NCBI GenBank assembly: GCA_964592105.1
Contig: CAZQBL010000004.1
Span: 2,256 to 66,255, forward strand
Reading direction: 5' to 3'
Length of the DNA stretch: 64,000 nt
DNA from: an uncultured Gammaproteobacteria bacterium
Lineage (GTDB): Bacteria > Patescibacteriota > Patescibacteriia > UBA10025 > JAHIVO01
This document shows positions 40,378-49,717 of the stretch, piece by piece. How positions within the stretch are numbered: position 1 is the first letter of the stretch; each line of letters opens with the position of its first letter. The notes under the pieces are model-generated. The model made no database searches. It saw only the letters and a list, made by a program, of their open reading frames with translations, and had not been told where the DNA came from. The translations under genes were made by a program, and so were the position numbers.

Positions 40378-41910
40378 ATGAATAATTCCTTAGAAAAAAA
40401 TCTAGAGCCGGTAACTAAAAAAAATAATGGCGTTAAAAGCGAAAATAAAATATTATCTGCGGATTTTTCTGATAATCGATCCCCGGTCAAAAACGAAAAT
40501 TCAACACCCGAAACTTCCGGGCAGGTATCATTAGATAAGCGGGTTTTAAAATCAGTTAGAAATTTTTGGAAGCTAGGGCGCAAAGATATCAATACCCAAT
40601 ATTTTGATGTTAATCAGCACGGTGAGTTGATTGTTTTGGAGGGCAACTATCAGTACAACATAAAAAATTTGATTGATAAGTACGGGACTTCACTTGAAGT
40701 CTTTTTTCCTTTTATTTTGGAGGAGCGTCTTGAAGACCTGATAGATCTTTTTAGATTGTTCATGAAGTATTATAAGTATCATGGAAAGTTTTTTTACCAT
40801 TATCCTATGAAGGTCAATCAGAACAAAGAATATATCCTTTCTTTGGTGGCCGAGGGGGCAAACTTGGAAGTAGGTTCGTATAACGAACTATATTTGGTGA
40901 AAAAGCTATGGGAGCAGGGCAGTTTTCGTTCTGATATTAGGGTAATATGCAACGGTCCCAAGACTACGAATTATTTACAGTTAATCGAGGAATTGAAAAA
41001 CAACAATTTATCCATTATTCCTATCATTGAAGACGAGTCGGAATTACAGTATTTGGAAAAATACAAAGGCGACGTCGGCATTCGAGTTGACCTTGATATT
41101 AAGGTAAGATCGCATTGGGATAAAAAAATAAATAGATTTGGATTTTTGCCTCATGAAATTCTGAAAATAGGTAAAATTAGAAACCTTAAAATACTGCATT
41201 ACCACATTGGTTCACAAATAGAATTTTCCGACGATATACTCATGGCGGTTAGAAAGGCAATGGACCTTTTTGTCAAAATAAAAAAAGTTAACAGCAGTTT
41301 GGATAGTTTGGATATTGGCGGCGGGATGCCTATACCATATGACCGCAAAAAACAATACAGGGTGGAAACATTGATAAAGAAAATAATCAAACTTTTACAG
41401 TGCATATCAGACAAGAAGGGTATCAGCCATCCTAATTTAATCTGCGAGTGGGGCAGATATGTAGTGGCCCCGGCCCAAATAACTATTTTTAAAGTTTTAA
41501 GTGAAAAAAATATCCTTAAAGGTAATGCAAAAAAATGGTATATAATCGACGGCAGCTTTATGAATGATCTTCTTGATACTTGGGCTCTGCATCAAAAATG
41601 GCACGTCGTTCCCATCAATAAGTTAAATAAGAAAAAGTTGGCTCGAGTCTGGATTGCCGGCTCTTCTTGCGATTCGGACGACAAATACATTGCCCATGGC
41701 AGCTATATTTTACTCCCGACACTGGATAGTTTGGAAAAAGAAGAATCGTTGTATATTGCTTTTTTTGATACAGGCGCATATCAGGATGCTTTAGCTTCGC
41801 ATCACTGTTTATTATCATCACCGGCAAAAATTATTGCTCAAAATGGAGAAACAAAAATCATAAGAAAACGAGAAAGCCCTGATGAGGTGGGCAAGCTATT
41901 TGGCTGGTAA
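40378..41910 (+). CDS. speA: Biosynthetic arginine decarboxylase-like (PLP, alanine-racemase fold)
   Basis: YPMKVNQ PLP-lysine, LEVGS, ICNGPK, HYHIGSQI, LDIGGG, CEWGRY, SCDSDD, TGAYQDAL. Confidence 0.8.
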   Translation: MNNSLEKNLEPVTKKNNGVKSENKILSADFSDNRSPVKNENSTPETSGQVSLDKRVLKSVRNFWKLGRKDINTQYFDVNQHGELIVLEGNYQYNIKNLIDKYGTSLEVFFPFILEERLEDLIDLFRLFMKYYKYHGKFFYHYPMKVNQNKEYILSLVAEGANLEVGSYNELYLVKKLWEQGSFRSDIRVICNGPKTTNYLQLIEELKNNNLSIIPIIEDESELQYLEKYKGDVGIRVDLDIKVRSHWDKKINRFGFLPHEILKIGKIRNLKILHYHIGSQIEFSDDILMAVRKAMDLFVKIKKVNSSLDSLDIGGGMPIPYDRKKQYRVETLIKKIIKLLQCISDKKGISHPNLICEWGRYVVAPAQITIFKVLSEKNILKGNAKKWYIIDGSFMNDLLDTWALHQKWHVVPINKLNKKKLARVWIAGSSCDSDDKYIAHGSYILLPTLDSLEKEESLYIAFFDTGAYQDALASHHCLLSSPAKIIAQNGETKIIRKRESPDEVGKLFGW

Positions 41911-41920
41911 ATAATCATAT

Positions 41921-43207
41921 ATGACAAAAAAGAAATTTTTATTCGTATCGTGGGAGAGTTTAAGTGGTGATATAGCTTGGCGTATTCAAAAAGAAGGCCA
42001 TGAGGTAAAGGTATATATAAAAGCCAAGTCAGACCAGGATGTATATGACGGCCTTCTGACCAAGGTAAAAAAATGGAAGGAATACATTGATTGGGCCGAT
42101 GTTATCGTTTTCGATGATGTCGGGTTTGGCAAAGAAGCTGATATGCTTCGCCAAGCAGGGAAGCTGGTTGTTGGAGGCAGTACCTATACTGACCGACTTG
42201 AAGATGACCGAGATTTTGGACAAAGAGAAATGAAAAAAGCCGGCATGCAAGTTTTGCCTCATTGGGATTTTCACAGCTTTGACTCGGCTATACGTTTTTT
42301 GCAAGATAATCCCGGTCGTTATGTGTTCAAGCCCAGCGGAGCCGCTCAAAATTTCAAGGATTTATTGTTTATCGGTGAGGAAGAAAATGGGGCCGATATA
42401 CTGGAATTGCTGCGCACCAATAAGAAAATATGGCGAAATAAAATCAAAACATTTCAAATACAAAAATTTGCCGCGGGCGTAGAAATAGCGGTCGGTGCTT
42501 TTTTTAACGGTAAGGAATTTATAACCCCAATTAACATAAATTTTGAGCAAAAACGTTTATTTCCAGGCGATATAGGTCCTTTAACTGGCGATATGGGCGC
42601 TTTGATGTTTTGGGCTCAGCCAAACGGTTTTTTTAAAAATACCTTAGAGAAAATGAAACAGAAATTGGCTAAATGTAATTATGTAGGATATTTTGACATT
42701 AATTGTATTGCTAACGGTCGTGGGGTTTTCCCGCTGGAATTTACTTCACGTTTCGGCTACCCTACTATAGAAATTCAGGCTGTCGGAATTGAGATGCCCA
42801 TGGGTGAGTTCTTTTATCGCTTGGCTCAGGGAGAAAAATTCAACATACCCACGAAAAAAGGTTTTCAAATAGGAATTTGCTGCTTAGTCGATCCGTTCCT
42901 CTCTAATGATAAGGAAACGGCTGCAGTTTATCACAATTTATCCATACTTTTTCGCAGGCAAAATACTGATTGGGACGGTATTCATATTGGTGATGTGAAA
43001 ATGGTTGAAGGCACTTTGCGTCTAGCCGGCACTTCTGGATACGCTTTGGTGGTTAGTGGTTGCGGCAACACGGTTGAGGATGCTCGACGACAGGCCTATC
43101 ATCGTATAAAAAATATCCGTTTACAAAATATGTTTTATCGTACCGATATAGGTCATCGCTGGGCCAGCGACAGTGATCTATTGCAAACTTGGGGTTATTT
43201 AAAATAA
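41921..43207 (+). CDS. PurD-like ATP-grasp ligase, divergent subfamily of unknown function
   Basis: VFKPSG, GDIGPLTGDMGA, LEFTSRFGYP, MFYRTDIG; lacks the canonical PurD GSGGREHA N-terminal motif. Confidence 0.75.
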   Translation: MTKKKFLFVSWESLSGDIAWRIQKEGHEVKVYIKAKSDQDVYDGLLTKVKKWKEYIDWADVIVFDDVGFGKEADMLRQAGKLVVGGSTYTDRLEDDRDFGQREMKKAGMQVLPHWDFHSFDSAIRFLQDNPGRYVFKPSGAAQNFKDLLFIGEEENGADILELLRTNKKIWRNKIKTFQIQKFAAGVEIAVGAFFNGKEFITPININFEQKRLFPGDIGPLTGDMGALMFWAQPNGFFKNTLEKMKQKLAKCNYVGYFDINCIANGRGVFPLEFTSRFGYPTIEIQAVGIEMPMGEFFYRLAQGEKFNIPTKKGFQIGICCLVDPFLSNDKETAAVYHNLSILFRRQNTDWDGIHIGDVKMVEGTLRLAGTSGYALVVSGCGNTVEDARRQAYHRIKNIRLQNMFYRTDIGHRWASDSDLLQTWGYLK

Positions 43208-43216
43208 AAAATTTAA

Positions 43217-43596
43217 TGATTTGGATAATATAGGCAACAATTACTTAATAAACTTTTACTAGGCTAGGGAAAATTGATTGACAGTCATGGAGAACGAAAA
43301 AAATTAAAATTACCGATTGAGGAATTAGTCAAAAATAATAATGCTAGTATTTTGGCCTATGCCGCAGCCGTTTTTAATCATAACTATACAAGACAGGCGC
43401 GACTCAGTTAAGGAAACACCTAGATAATGGCGGAAAATTAGTGGTGATCCTTGCCATTGCCTTGAACTCTTTTCAGGTGGGGACAATGTTGGCCGACCTT
43501 ATCAGAAAGGATAAGGCGTGTCTGATTTCGGCGACTGGCGCCAATGCCACTTTTAACTGCCCCGGATTTCATGACTGCCGTAGTAATTGTTTATAA
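43217..43596 (+). pseudogene. Decayed deoxyhypusine synthase-like (DHS/SpeY family) gene remnant
   Basis: Open frame 43384-43596: LYKTGATQLRKHLDNGGKLVVILAIALNSFQVGTMLADLIRKDKACLISATGAN-ATFNCPGFHD*; upstream part in another frame with a stop; left boundary approximate. Confidence 0.7.
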
Positions 43597-43719
43597 AATT
43601 ATTAGCTATATAAAAAAGAAATTGTCGTTTAGATAAGTTTTTTGGCGATTTTACGGCTTGTGTCTTGTAATAATAAACTAAATAAGCTACACTGTAGCTG
43701 TTTTTATATAAATTTAATT

Positions 43720-46599
43720 ATGTCATTCCTGACAAAAATATTTGGCGACCCCAATCAGAAGGTTATCAACGAACTGATGCCTTTAGTTAACCAAGTAAAT
43801 GAATACGAAAAAAACATCGCTGCTCAGTCAGACCAACAACTTCTTGATAAAAGCGAGAATTTCAAAAAAATTATCAAAAATAACCTGGCCAAAATAAATC
43901 CCGAACTGGAAAAAATAAAAAAAGAATTAGTCAGTATTTCTTCTACAGAAGACCGCGAACGAATCAAATCTGCATATAAAACCCTACATGATACTATATT
44001 CGAGGACAATTTAGCGGAAATTTTAGCCGTAATCCGAGAAGCAATTAAAAGAACCGTTAAGCAAAGAGCTTTTGATGTTCAATTGATGTCGGCTCTGGTT
44101 TTACACCAAGGCAAGATATCAGAGCAAAAAACTGGTGAAGGCAAAACTTTATCCGCAGTTTTATCGGCCTATATCAACGCCTTAGAAGGAAAGGGGGTCC
44201 ACATCATAACAGTGAACGATTACTTAGCTAAGAGAGACGCAGGATGGTATGGGGAGGCTTTGAACATGCTCGGTCTGAGTGTCGGCTGTATCACGCATGA
44301 GCAGGCTTTTATTGTTGATAAGCAATATACTGCCGAAAACGTTCAGGATGAACGCTTATCTCATTTACGGCCGGTTTCCAGAAAAGAGGCATACCAAGCT
44401 GACATAACTTACGGAACCAATAATGAATTCGGCTTTGATTATTTGCGCGATAATATGGTACCTGACTTGCAGTACATGGTTCAGCGGGATTTACATTTCG
44501 CGATAGTTGATGAAGTCGACAGCATTTTAATAGATGAGGCACGAACGCCGCTTATCATTTCCGCGCCGGCCGAGGAGTCAACCCAAAAGTATTATCAGTT
44601 TTCTCGGCTGGTAGACCAACTGAAAGAATCTATCGACTATAACATTGATGAAAAAATGAGGGCCGCGACTTTAACAGAAGTTGGCATTGCCAAGATGGAA
44701 AAATGGCTCGGCTTGGAAAATATATACGAGGCCGGCGGCATAGAAACAGTACACCATATTGAACAGGCCCTAAAAGCCAAAACACTTTTTAAAAAAGACC
44801 GAGATTATGTAATTAAGGATGGTCAGATTATCATCGTTGACGAATTCACCGGGCGTTTGATGTTTGGGCGCCGGTATTCAGAGGGCCTACATCAAGCAAT
44901 TGAGGCTAAAGAAAATTTGGATATCAAGCAAGAAAGTCAGACAATGGCCACGATTACCTTCCAAAATTATTTTCGTTTATACAATAAATTATCTGGCATG
45001 ACCGGTACGGCTGCCACCGAAGCCGAGGAGTTTCATAAAATCTACGGATTGGAAGTGGTAGTTATACCCACCAATAAGCCGATGATAAGGCAAGATATGC
45101 CTGATAGGATTTATAAAACCACTTTGGGCAAATACCAGGCCATTGTTCGTGAAGTAAAAATCCGTCATGAACTTGGCCAACCCTTATTAATCGGTACAAT
45201 TTCTATAGAAAAAAATGAATTATTAAGCCAAATGTTGGAGCGCGAAGGGATAAAACACAACGTACTCAATGCAAAAAACCATGAGCAAGAAGCGCAGATT
45301 TTGGCTCAAGCAGGAAAATTAGGCGCCGTGACAATTGCTACAAATATGGCTGGACGTGGCGTAGATATTATTTTGGGAGGAATTCCGTTCAATCCCGAGG
45401 AGCAGGCGCAAGTCAAACAGCTCGGAGGTTTGCATGTCTTAGGTACTGAGCGACATGAATCGAGAAGGATAGATAATCAACTCAGAGGACGAGCTGGTCG
45501 CCAGGGTGATCCGGGTTCTTCTCAATTTTTTGTATCAATGGAAGATGATTTAATGAGGATTTTTGGCTCGGATCGGATAAAAAGCATGATGGACAAACTT
45601 GGCTTGCCGGATGACATGCCTATTGAGAACAAACTTATTAGTCGTTCAATAGAGTCAGCTCAGAAAAAGGTTGAAGGACATAATTTTGATATTCGCAAAC
45701 ATCTGGTTGAGTATGATGACGTAATTAATAAACACCGTGAAGTTATTTATCGAAAAAGGCGAGAAATATTAGATTTATCGCTTTTATCTGAAAATCCTGA
45801 CAAACCTGAAACAAATCATTTGCGGAAAAAAATTTTTGAACTGATTGAAAATGAAATCGAGCAAGTCGTTTCCTTTCATACCTCTTCTGAAGATGAGCAC
45901 TCCTGGAATCTTGATGAAATTTATGAAGTAATCGACACTATTTTTCCCGTTAAACTCGAAGATAGGGTTCGACTTGAGGACATTAGAGAAAAAGCTGGCG
46001 ATCAACTTCGTGATGCTGAAGCGCGAACCAATATTATTCAATATCTAGTTAGTCTGGCCAATAATGCCTATGATATTCTAGAACAAAAAATTGGGGACAA
46101 GAAGATCCTTAGCATTATCGAGAAGGCCGTTTATTTAAGAGCTATTGATACTTTGTGGGTTGAACATTTAGATTTAATGGATCACTTAAGGAAGGGGATT
46201 GGTCTCCGGGGTTACGGTCAACGCGACCCGCTCATTGAATATAAAAAGGAAGCCTATCGGTTGTTTAATGAACTGATTTCCAGCATTCAAAAAAATGTCG
46301 TTTATACAATTTTCAAAGTCAACGCCAATATCCAAAATATCCAAAAGACATTAATGGATCGGCGGCAAGTTCTGTCTGCCCCGCCCAAAAGTAGTGACGA
46401 AATGCCTCAGTCATTTTATCAAAATATGTCCGTGGCTCAGTCAAATAAAGATCAGTTGATGCCTAAAAATGACACTATTGGCTCAATTAGACAAACAATT
46501 GCCGGGAATTTAGTCACGGCTGAAGGTAAGAAAATAGGAAGAAACGATCCTTGTCCTTGTGGTTCTGGAAAAAAATATAAAAACTGTCATGGTAAATAA
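43720..46599 (+). CDS. secA: Preprotein translocase subunit SecA
   Basis: KTGEGKTL, TVNDYLA, DEVDSILIDEARTPLIIS, ATNMAGRG, QLRGRAGRQGDPG, SEC-C GRNDPCPCGSGKKYK; start trimmed to MSFLTKIFG. Confidence 0.98.
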   Translation: MSFLTKIFGDPNQKVINELMPLVNQVNEYEKNIAAQSDQQLLDKSENFKKIIKNNLAKINPELEKIKKELVSISSTEDRERIKSAYKTLHDTIFEDNLAEILAVIREAIKRTVKQRAFDVQLMSALVLHQGKISEQKTGEGKTLSAVLSAYINALEGKGVHIITVNDYLAKRDAGWYGEALNMLGLSVGCITHEQAFIVDKQYTAENVQDERLSHLRPVSRKEAYQADITYGTNNEFGFDYLRDNMVPDLQYMVQRDLHFAIVDEVDSILIDEARTPLIISAPAEESTQKYYQFSRLVDQLKESIDYNIDEKMRAATLTEVGIAKMEKWLGLENIYEAGGIETVHHIEQALKAKTLFKKDRDYVIKDGQIIIVDEFTGRLMFGRRYSEGLHQAIEAKENLDIKQESQTMATITFQNYFRLYNKLSGMTGTAATEAEEFHKIYGLEVVVIPTNKPMIRQDMPDRIYKTTLGKYQAIVREVKIRHELGQPLLIGTISIEKNELLSQMLEREGIKHNVLNAKNHEQEAQILAQAGKLGAVTIATNMAGRGVDIILGGIPFNPEEQAQVKQLGGLHVLGTERHESRRIDNQLRGRAGRQGDPGSSQFFVSMEDDLMRIFGSDRIKSMMDKLGLPDDMPIENKLISRSIESAQKKVEGHNFDIRKHLVEYDDVINKHREVIYRKRREILDLSLLSENPDKPETNHLRKKIFELIENEIEQVVSFHTSSEDEHSWNLDEIYEVIDTIFPVKLEDRVRLEDIREKAGDQLRDAEARTNIIQYLVSLANNAYDILEQKIGDKKILSIIEKAVYLRAIDTLWVEHLDLMDHLRKGIGLRGYGQRDPLIEYKKEAYRLFNELISSIQKNVVYTIFKVNANIQNIQKTLMDRRQVLSAPPKSSDEMPQSFYQNMSVAQSNKDQLMPKNDTIGSIRQTIAGNLVTAEGKKIGRNDPCPCGSGKKYKNCHGK

Positions 46600-46600
46600 A

Positions 46601-46621
46601 AGGCCGAGAGAAGATCGGCCT
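46601..46621 (+). terminator. Hairpin after secA (possible terminator or pause; weak U-tract on + strand)
   Basis: AGGCCGA-gagaaga-TCGGCCT. Confidence 0.4.
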
Positions 46622-46631
46622 AAATAAAATA

Positions 46632-46991
46632 ATGCTGTTTGAGCCGGTTATAAAGAAAAAACAAACTAAGTCAGCGCCGATTAATAAGAAAAGCCTTATT
46701 CATTGGTATTTAATGCTGATTTTGTGGTTTTTAGCTTTTGTTCACGGTTGGCTGATTTTCAAATCGGCCCTAGGCCAAGTAAGCAATGATGTGGTTATTT
46801 ATTCCTCGATTGTCTTTACCTTAAGCCTGTTTTTTTGCCTTTATGTTATTGGCGTGACTATTTTTTTGATAATTAACTTAATACTTAATAAAAATATCAG
46901 TGAATTATTTGATTTTTTTATCCAACTGAATAGTTTAGTTATCACGGCCTTTGGTGTTTTGTGGCTAATTTTTATTATTTCAAAACAATAG
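46632..46991 (+). CDS. Hypothetical membrane protein (3 TM)
   Basis: ORF track; abuts the miaB-like start. Confidence 0.65.
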   Translation: MLFEPVIKKKQTKSAPINKKSLIHWYLMLILWFLAFVHGWLIFKSALGQVSNDVVIYSSIVFTLSLFFCLYVIGVTIFLIINLILNKNISELFDFFIQLNSLVITAFGVLWLIFIISKQ

Positions 46992-48158
46992 ATGAAATAT
47001 TTTATTAAGACATTTGGATGTCAACATAATGTAGCGGATTCAGAGCGAATAGCCGGCTACTACGAGAATCGTGGTTTTAAACGCGCCTTAAGTTATGATG
47101 AGGCGGATGTAATAATCGTGAACACTTGCGTTATACGTCAAAAATCAGAAGATAAGGCCTACGGTTTTATAAAAAACCTGGACAAGAAAAGGCGGGCGGG
47201 TTTGAATTTTAAAATTATTGTTACAGGCTGCCTGGTAGGCACGGCTGTGCATGATAAAACCGGAAAAATAATGCATTTATTAAAACGCAGATTACCGGAA
47301 GCTGATGAGTTTCTGCCCATTGATGAAGTCGGTTTTGAATATAATTCCGTGCGCCAAAATCATGATCATGCCTGGGTACCTATTTCCCATGGTTGTAATA
47401 ATTTTTGCACCTTTTGTATTGTGCCTTTTTCTAGGGGGCGGGAAAGATCCAGGCCGTTTGATGAGATCATTGAAGAAATTAATGAATTGACAGACAACGG
47501 TTATAGCAAAATAACTTTACTCGGACAAAATGTAAATTCCTACGGAGCGGATTTGATAGTTAACAAGAGTAATTTTTACTCGCGCTATAATTTTAATATT
47601 AAGCCAGTTACAGTTAAGCATCTTGGACGTTATCGACTATTAACACTTTTTCCGCCATTGCTTCATCAAATATGTCAAAACAAAAAAATAAAAAATCTGT
47701 CTTTTGTTTCATCAAATCCCTGGGATTTTTCTGATGAATTGATTAACACAATTGCACAAAACAAACAGATCGACAGAATCATCCACCTTCCTGTCCAGTC
47801 CGGAAGCAATAAAATTTTGAAGGCCATGAATCGTTGGTATACGAGGCAAGATTATCTTAAACTAATCAAAAAAATAAAATCAAAAATACCCGAGGCTGAG
47901 TTTACCACAGATATTATTGTCGGATTTCCGGGCGAAACAAAAAAAGATTTTCTCGCAACGCTAGATTTGGTCAAAAAAATAAATTTTACAAAGGCTTTTA
48001 TTGCTGGCTACTCGCCAAGACCTAATACTTTGGGTGCTAAGCTTGTAAACAACGTCAGCTTGCAGGAAAAAAAGGAAAGATTTCATATTTTAGACAATTT
48101 TATTAACCACCGGCCAAACAGTAAAATCCCTATCTGGCTAAAAGGCGAAAGCATTTGA
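46992..48158 (+). CDS. miaB: MiaB/RimO-family radical SAM methylthiotransferase, apparently lacking a TRAM domain
   Basis: TFGCQHNVADSE, NTCVIR, GC, GCNNFCTFCIVP, LLGQNVNSYG, HLPVQSGS, DIIVGFPGET. Confidence 0.8.
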   Translation: MKYFIKTFGCQHNVADSERIAGYYENRGFKRALSYDEADVIIVNTCVIRQKSEDKAYGFIKNLDKKRRAGLNFKIIVTGCLVGTAVHDKTGKIMHLLKRRLPEADEFLPIDEVGFEYNSVRQNHDHAWVPISHGCNNFCTFCIVPFSRGRERSRPFDEIIEEINELTDNGYSKITLLGQNVNSYGADLIVNKSNFYSRYNFNIKPVTVKHLGRYRLLTLFPPLLHQICQNKKIKNLSFVSSNPWDFSDELINTIAQNKQIDRIIHLPVQSGSNKILKAMNRWYTRQDYLKLIKKIKSKIPEAEFTTDIIVGFPGETKKDFLATLDLVKKINFTKAFIAGYSPRPNTLGAKLVNNVSLQEKKERFHILDNFINHRPNSKIPIWLKGESI

Positions 48159-48175
48159 ATAAATAAGCTTTTCTC

Positions 48176-48204
48176 TTTACAAAAAGGTAAGCATATGCTA
48201 TAAT
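48176..48204 (+). promoter_or_regulatory. sigma70-type promoter
   Basis: TTTACA-17bp-TATAAT with extended TG. Confidence 0.6.
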
Positions 48205-48233
48205 AATATCTATAAAAATAAAAACAAATAAGC

Positions 48234-49637
48234 ATGAGTCACAAAAAAAACAAATTCAGAGTAATTGCCATTATATTCATGGCAATTTTATTTTTTTTAC
48301 CAAAAGTAGTTAGCGCCGCTGACAGTCGTAGCCCCGATATAAGGATTTTTAATAGTTTTGATACTACGTTAACCGGGGAATTCAGCGCCTACTCACCGAA
48401 CTTCACCGGCGGTGTCAGCATTGCGGCCTGCGATCTCGATGGCAATGGGACTAGTGAATTTGTTACTGCGGCTGGGATTGGCGGCGGCCCTCAAATACGA
48501 ACTTTTGATAGTTCGGGTAATCCAATTTTTACCCCGGGGTTTTTTGCCTATGCTGAAAATTTTAGAGGTGGTGTTAATGTTGCTTGCGAAGATCTAGATG
48601 GGGACGGCCTGGCAGAAATTGTTACTGCTCCAAAATCAAACGGCGGTCCCCAGATCAGAATTTTTGATCGTTATGGACATACTATTTTTACTCCCGGGTT
48701 TTTTGCTTATAATATAAAATTCAGGGGTGGCGTAAACGTGGCTATTGGCGATATTGATGGCGGGGGACTAAAAGAAATAATAGTCGCACCAGCTTTAGGT
48801 AGCGAAAACAAGGTAAAAATATTTAATCGATACGGTGATTTACTAAATTTTGATATTCAACCATTTCATCCTGATTTTACTGGCGGTATAAGTATCGCCA
48901 CGGCCAATGTCGATGGAGGCGCGGAGGATGAATTGATAATGGCCGTGCAAAGTCAAGACATATCTTTAGTCAAAATTATTAAAACTAACGTCAATCAGCT
49001 ATTAATTGGTGAATTTGTGGCTTTTCCTAATAACTTCAAGGGTGGCATTAATGTCAGTGGTGGTGACGTTGATCAGGATGGATATGACGAAATTATAGTT
49101 GCGGCTAATAGCGGTGGCGGCCCCCATGTCAAAACTTTCGAAGCCTATGGCCAGCCAATAAAAACAAACTTTTTTGTTTATGAGGATGATTTTAAAGGCG
49201 GAGTTAATTTGGCCATAGCTGATATTAACGCAGATGGCTCTGAAGATATTATTACCGCTCCAAACAAGAAAAACGCCGATTTAAAAGTTACAAGCATTAT
49301 CGTTGATTTGTCTGAACAAAGACTGTACGCCTACAATGAAAATACTTTAATCAAATCTTTTTTAGTTTCAACCGGAGTACCGGGAATGGATACGCATACC
49401 GGACAATTTTCAATTAGTCAAAAAACCTATTCAAAATTATATGCCGGTCCAGGATTTTTTCTCCCTAATACTTTATGGAACATGAGATTTGACGGCCCTC
49501 GCTGGCTGCACGGGGCTTACTGGCATAATAATTTCGGGCACAGGATGAGTCATGGCTGCGTTAATATTGATTATAAAAATGCCGAATGGTTGTATAATTC
49601 GACTGCTATCGGCACCAAAGTCACTGTCCGCCAATAA
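48234..49637 (+). CDS. Secreted FG-GAP/VCBS-repeat protein fused to an L,D-transpeptidase (YkuD) domain
   Basis: Signal peptide; six repeats F.GGV.VA..D.DGDG..EI..A....GGP; VDLSEQRL, VSTG, HGAYWHNNFG..MSHGCVN. Confidence 0.88.
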   Translation: MSHKKNKFRVIAIIFMAILFFLPKVVSAADSRSPDIRIFNSFDTTLTGEFSAYSPNFTGGVSIAACDLDGNGTSEFVTAAGIGGGPQIRTFDSSGNPIFTPGFFAYAENFRGGVNVACEDLDGDGLAEIVTAPKSNGGPQIRIFDRYGHTIFTPGFFAYNIKFRGGVNVAIGDIDGGGLKEIIVAPALGSENKVKIFNRYGDLLNFDIQPFHPDFTGGISIATANVDGGAEDELIMAVQSQDISLVKIIKTNVNQLLIGEFVAFPNNFKGGINVSGGDVDQDGYDEIIVAANSGGGPHVKTFEAYGQPIKTNFFVYEDDFKGGVNLAIADINADGSEDIITAPNKKNADLKVTSIIVDLSEQRLYAYNENTLIKSFLVSTGVPGMDTHTGQFSISQKTYSKLYAGPGFFLPNTLWNMRFDGPRWLHGAYWHNNFGHRMSHGCVNIDYKNAEWLYNSTAIGTKVTVRQ

Positions 49638-49717
49638 TATCCACTGGTCAATCAATTTAGCATTTGTTATAATAAACACTGTTAATAAATTCAAGACGGT
49701 GTCTATTTTTTGTTTCC

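Noticed and set aside
41921-43207. Calling the ATP-grasp gene purD
   Set aside because: It lacks the canonical GSGGREHA N-terminus, has no pur neighbours and sits in a polyamine context; no symbol assigned.
43217-43596. Stop-codon reassignment explaining the broken genes
   Set aside because: TGA and TAG terminate conserved genes at expected positions (rfbA, ftsW, infA), and the lesions are mostly indels.
48330-49270. DNA-level near-repeats as a CRISPR or repeat array
   Set aside because: They are degenerate and in frame, and are explained by FG-GAP protein repeats.
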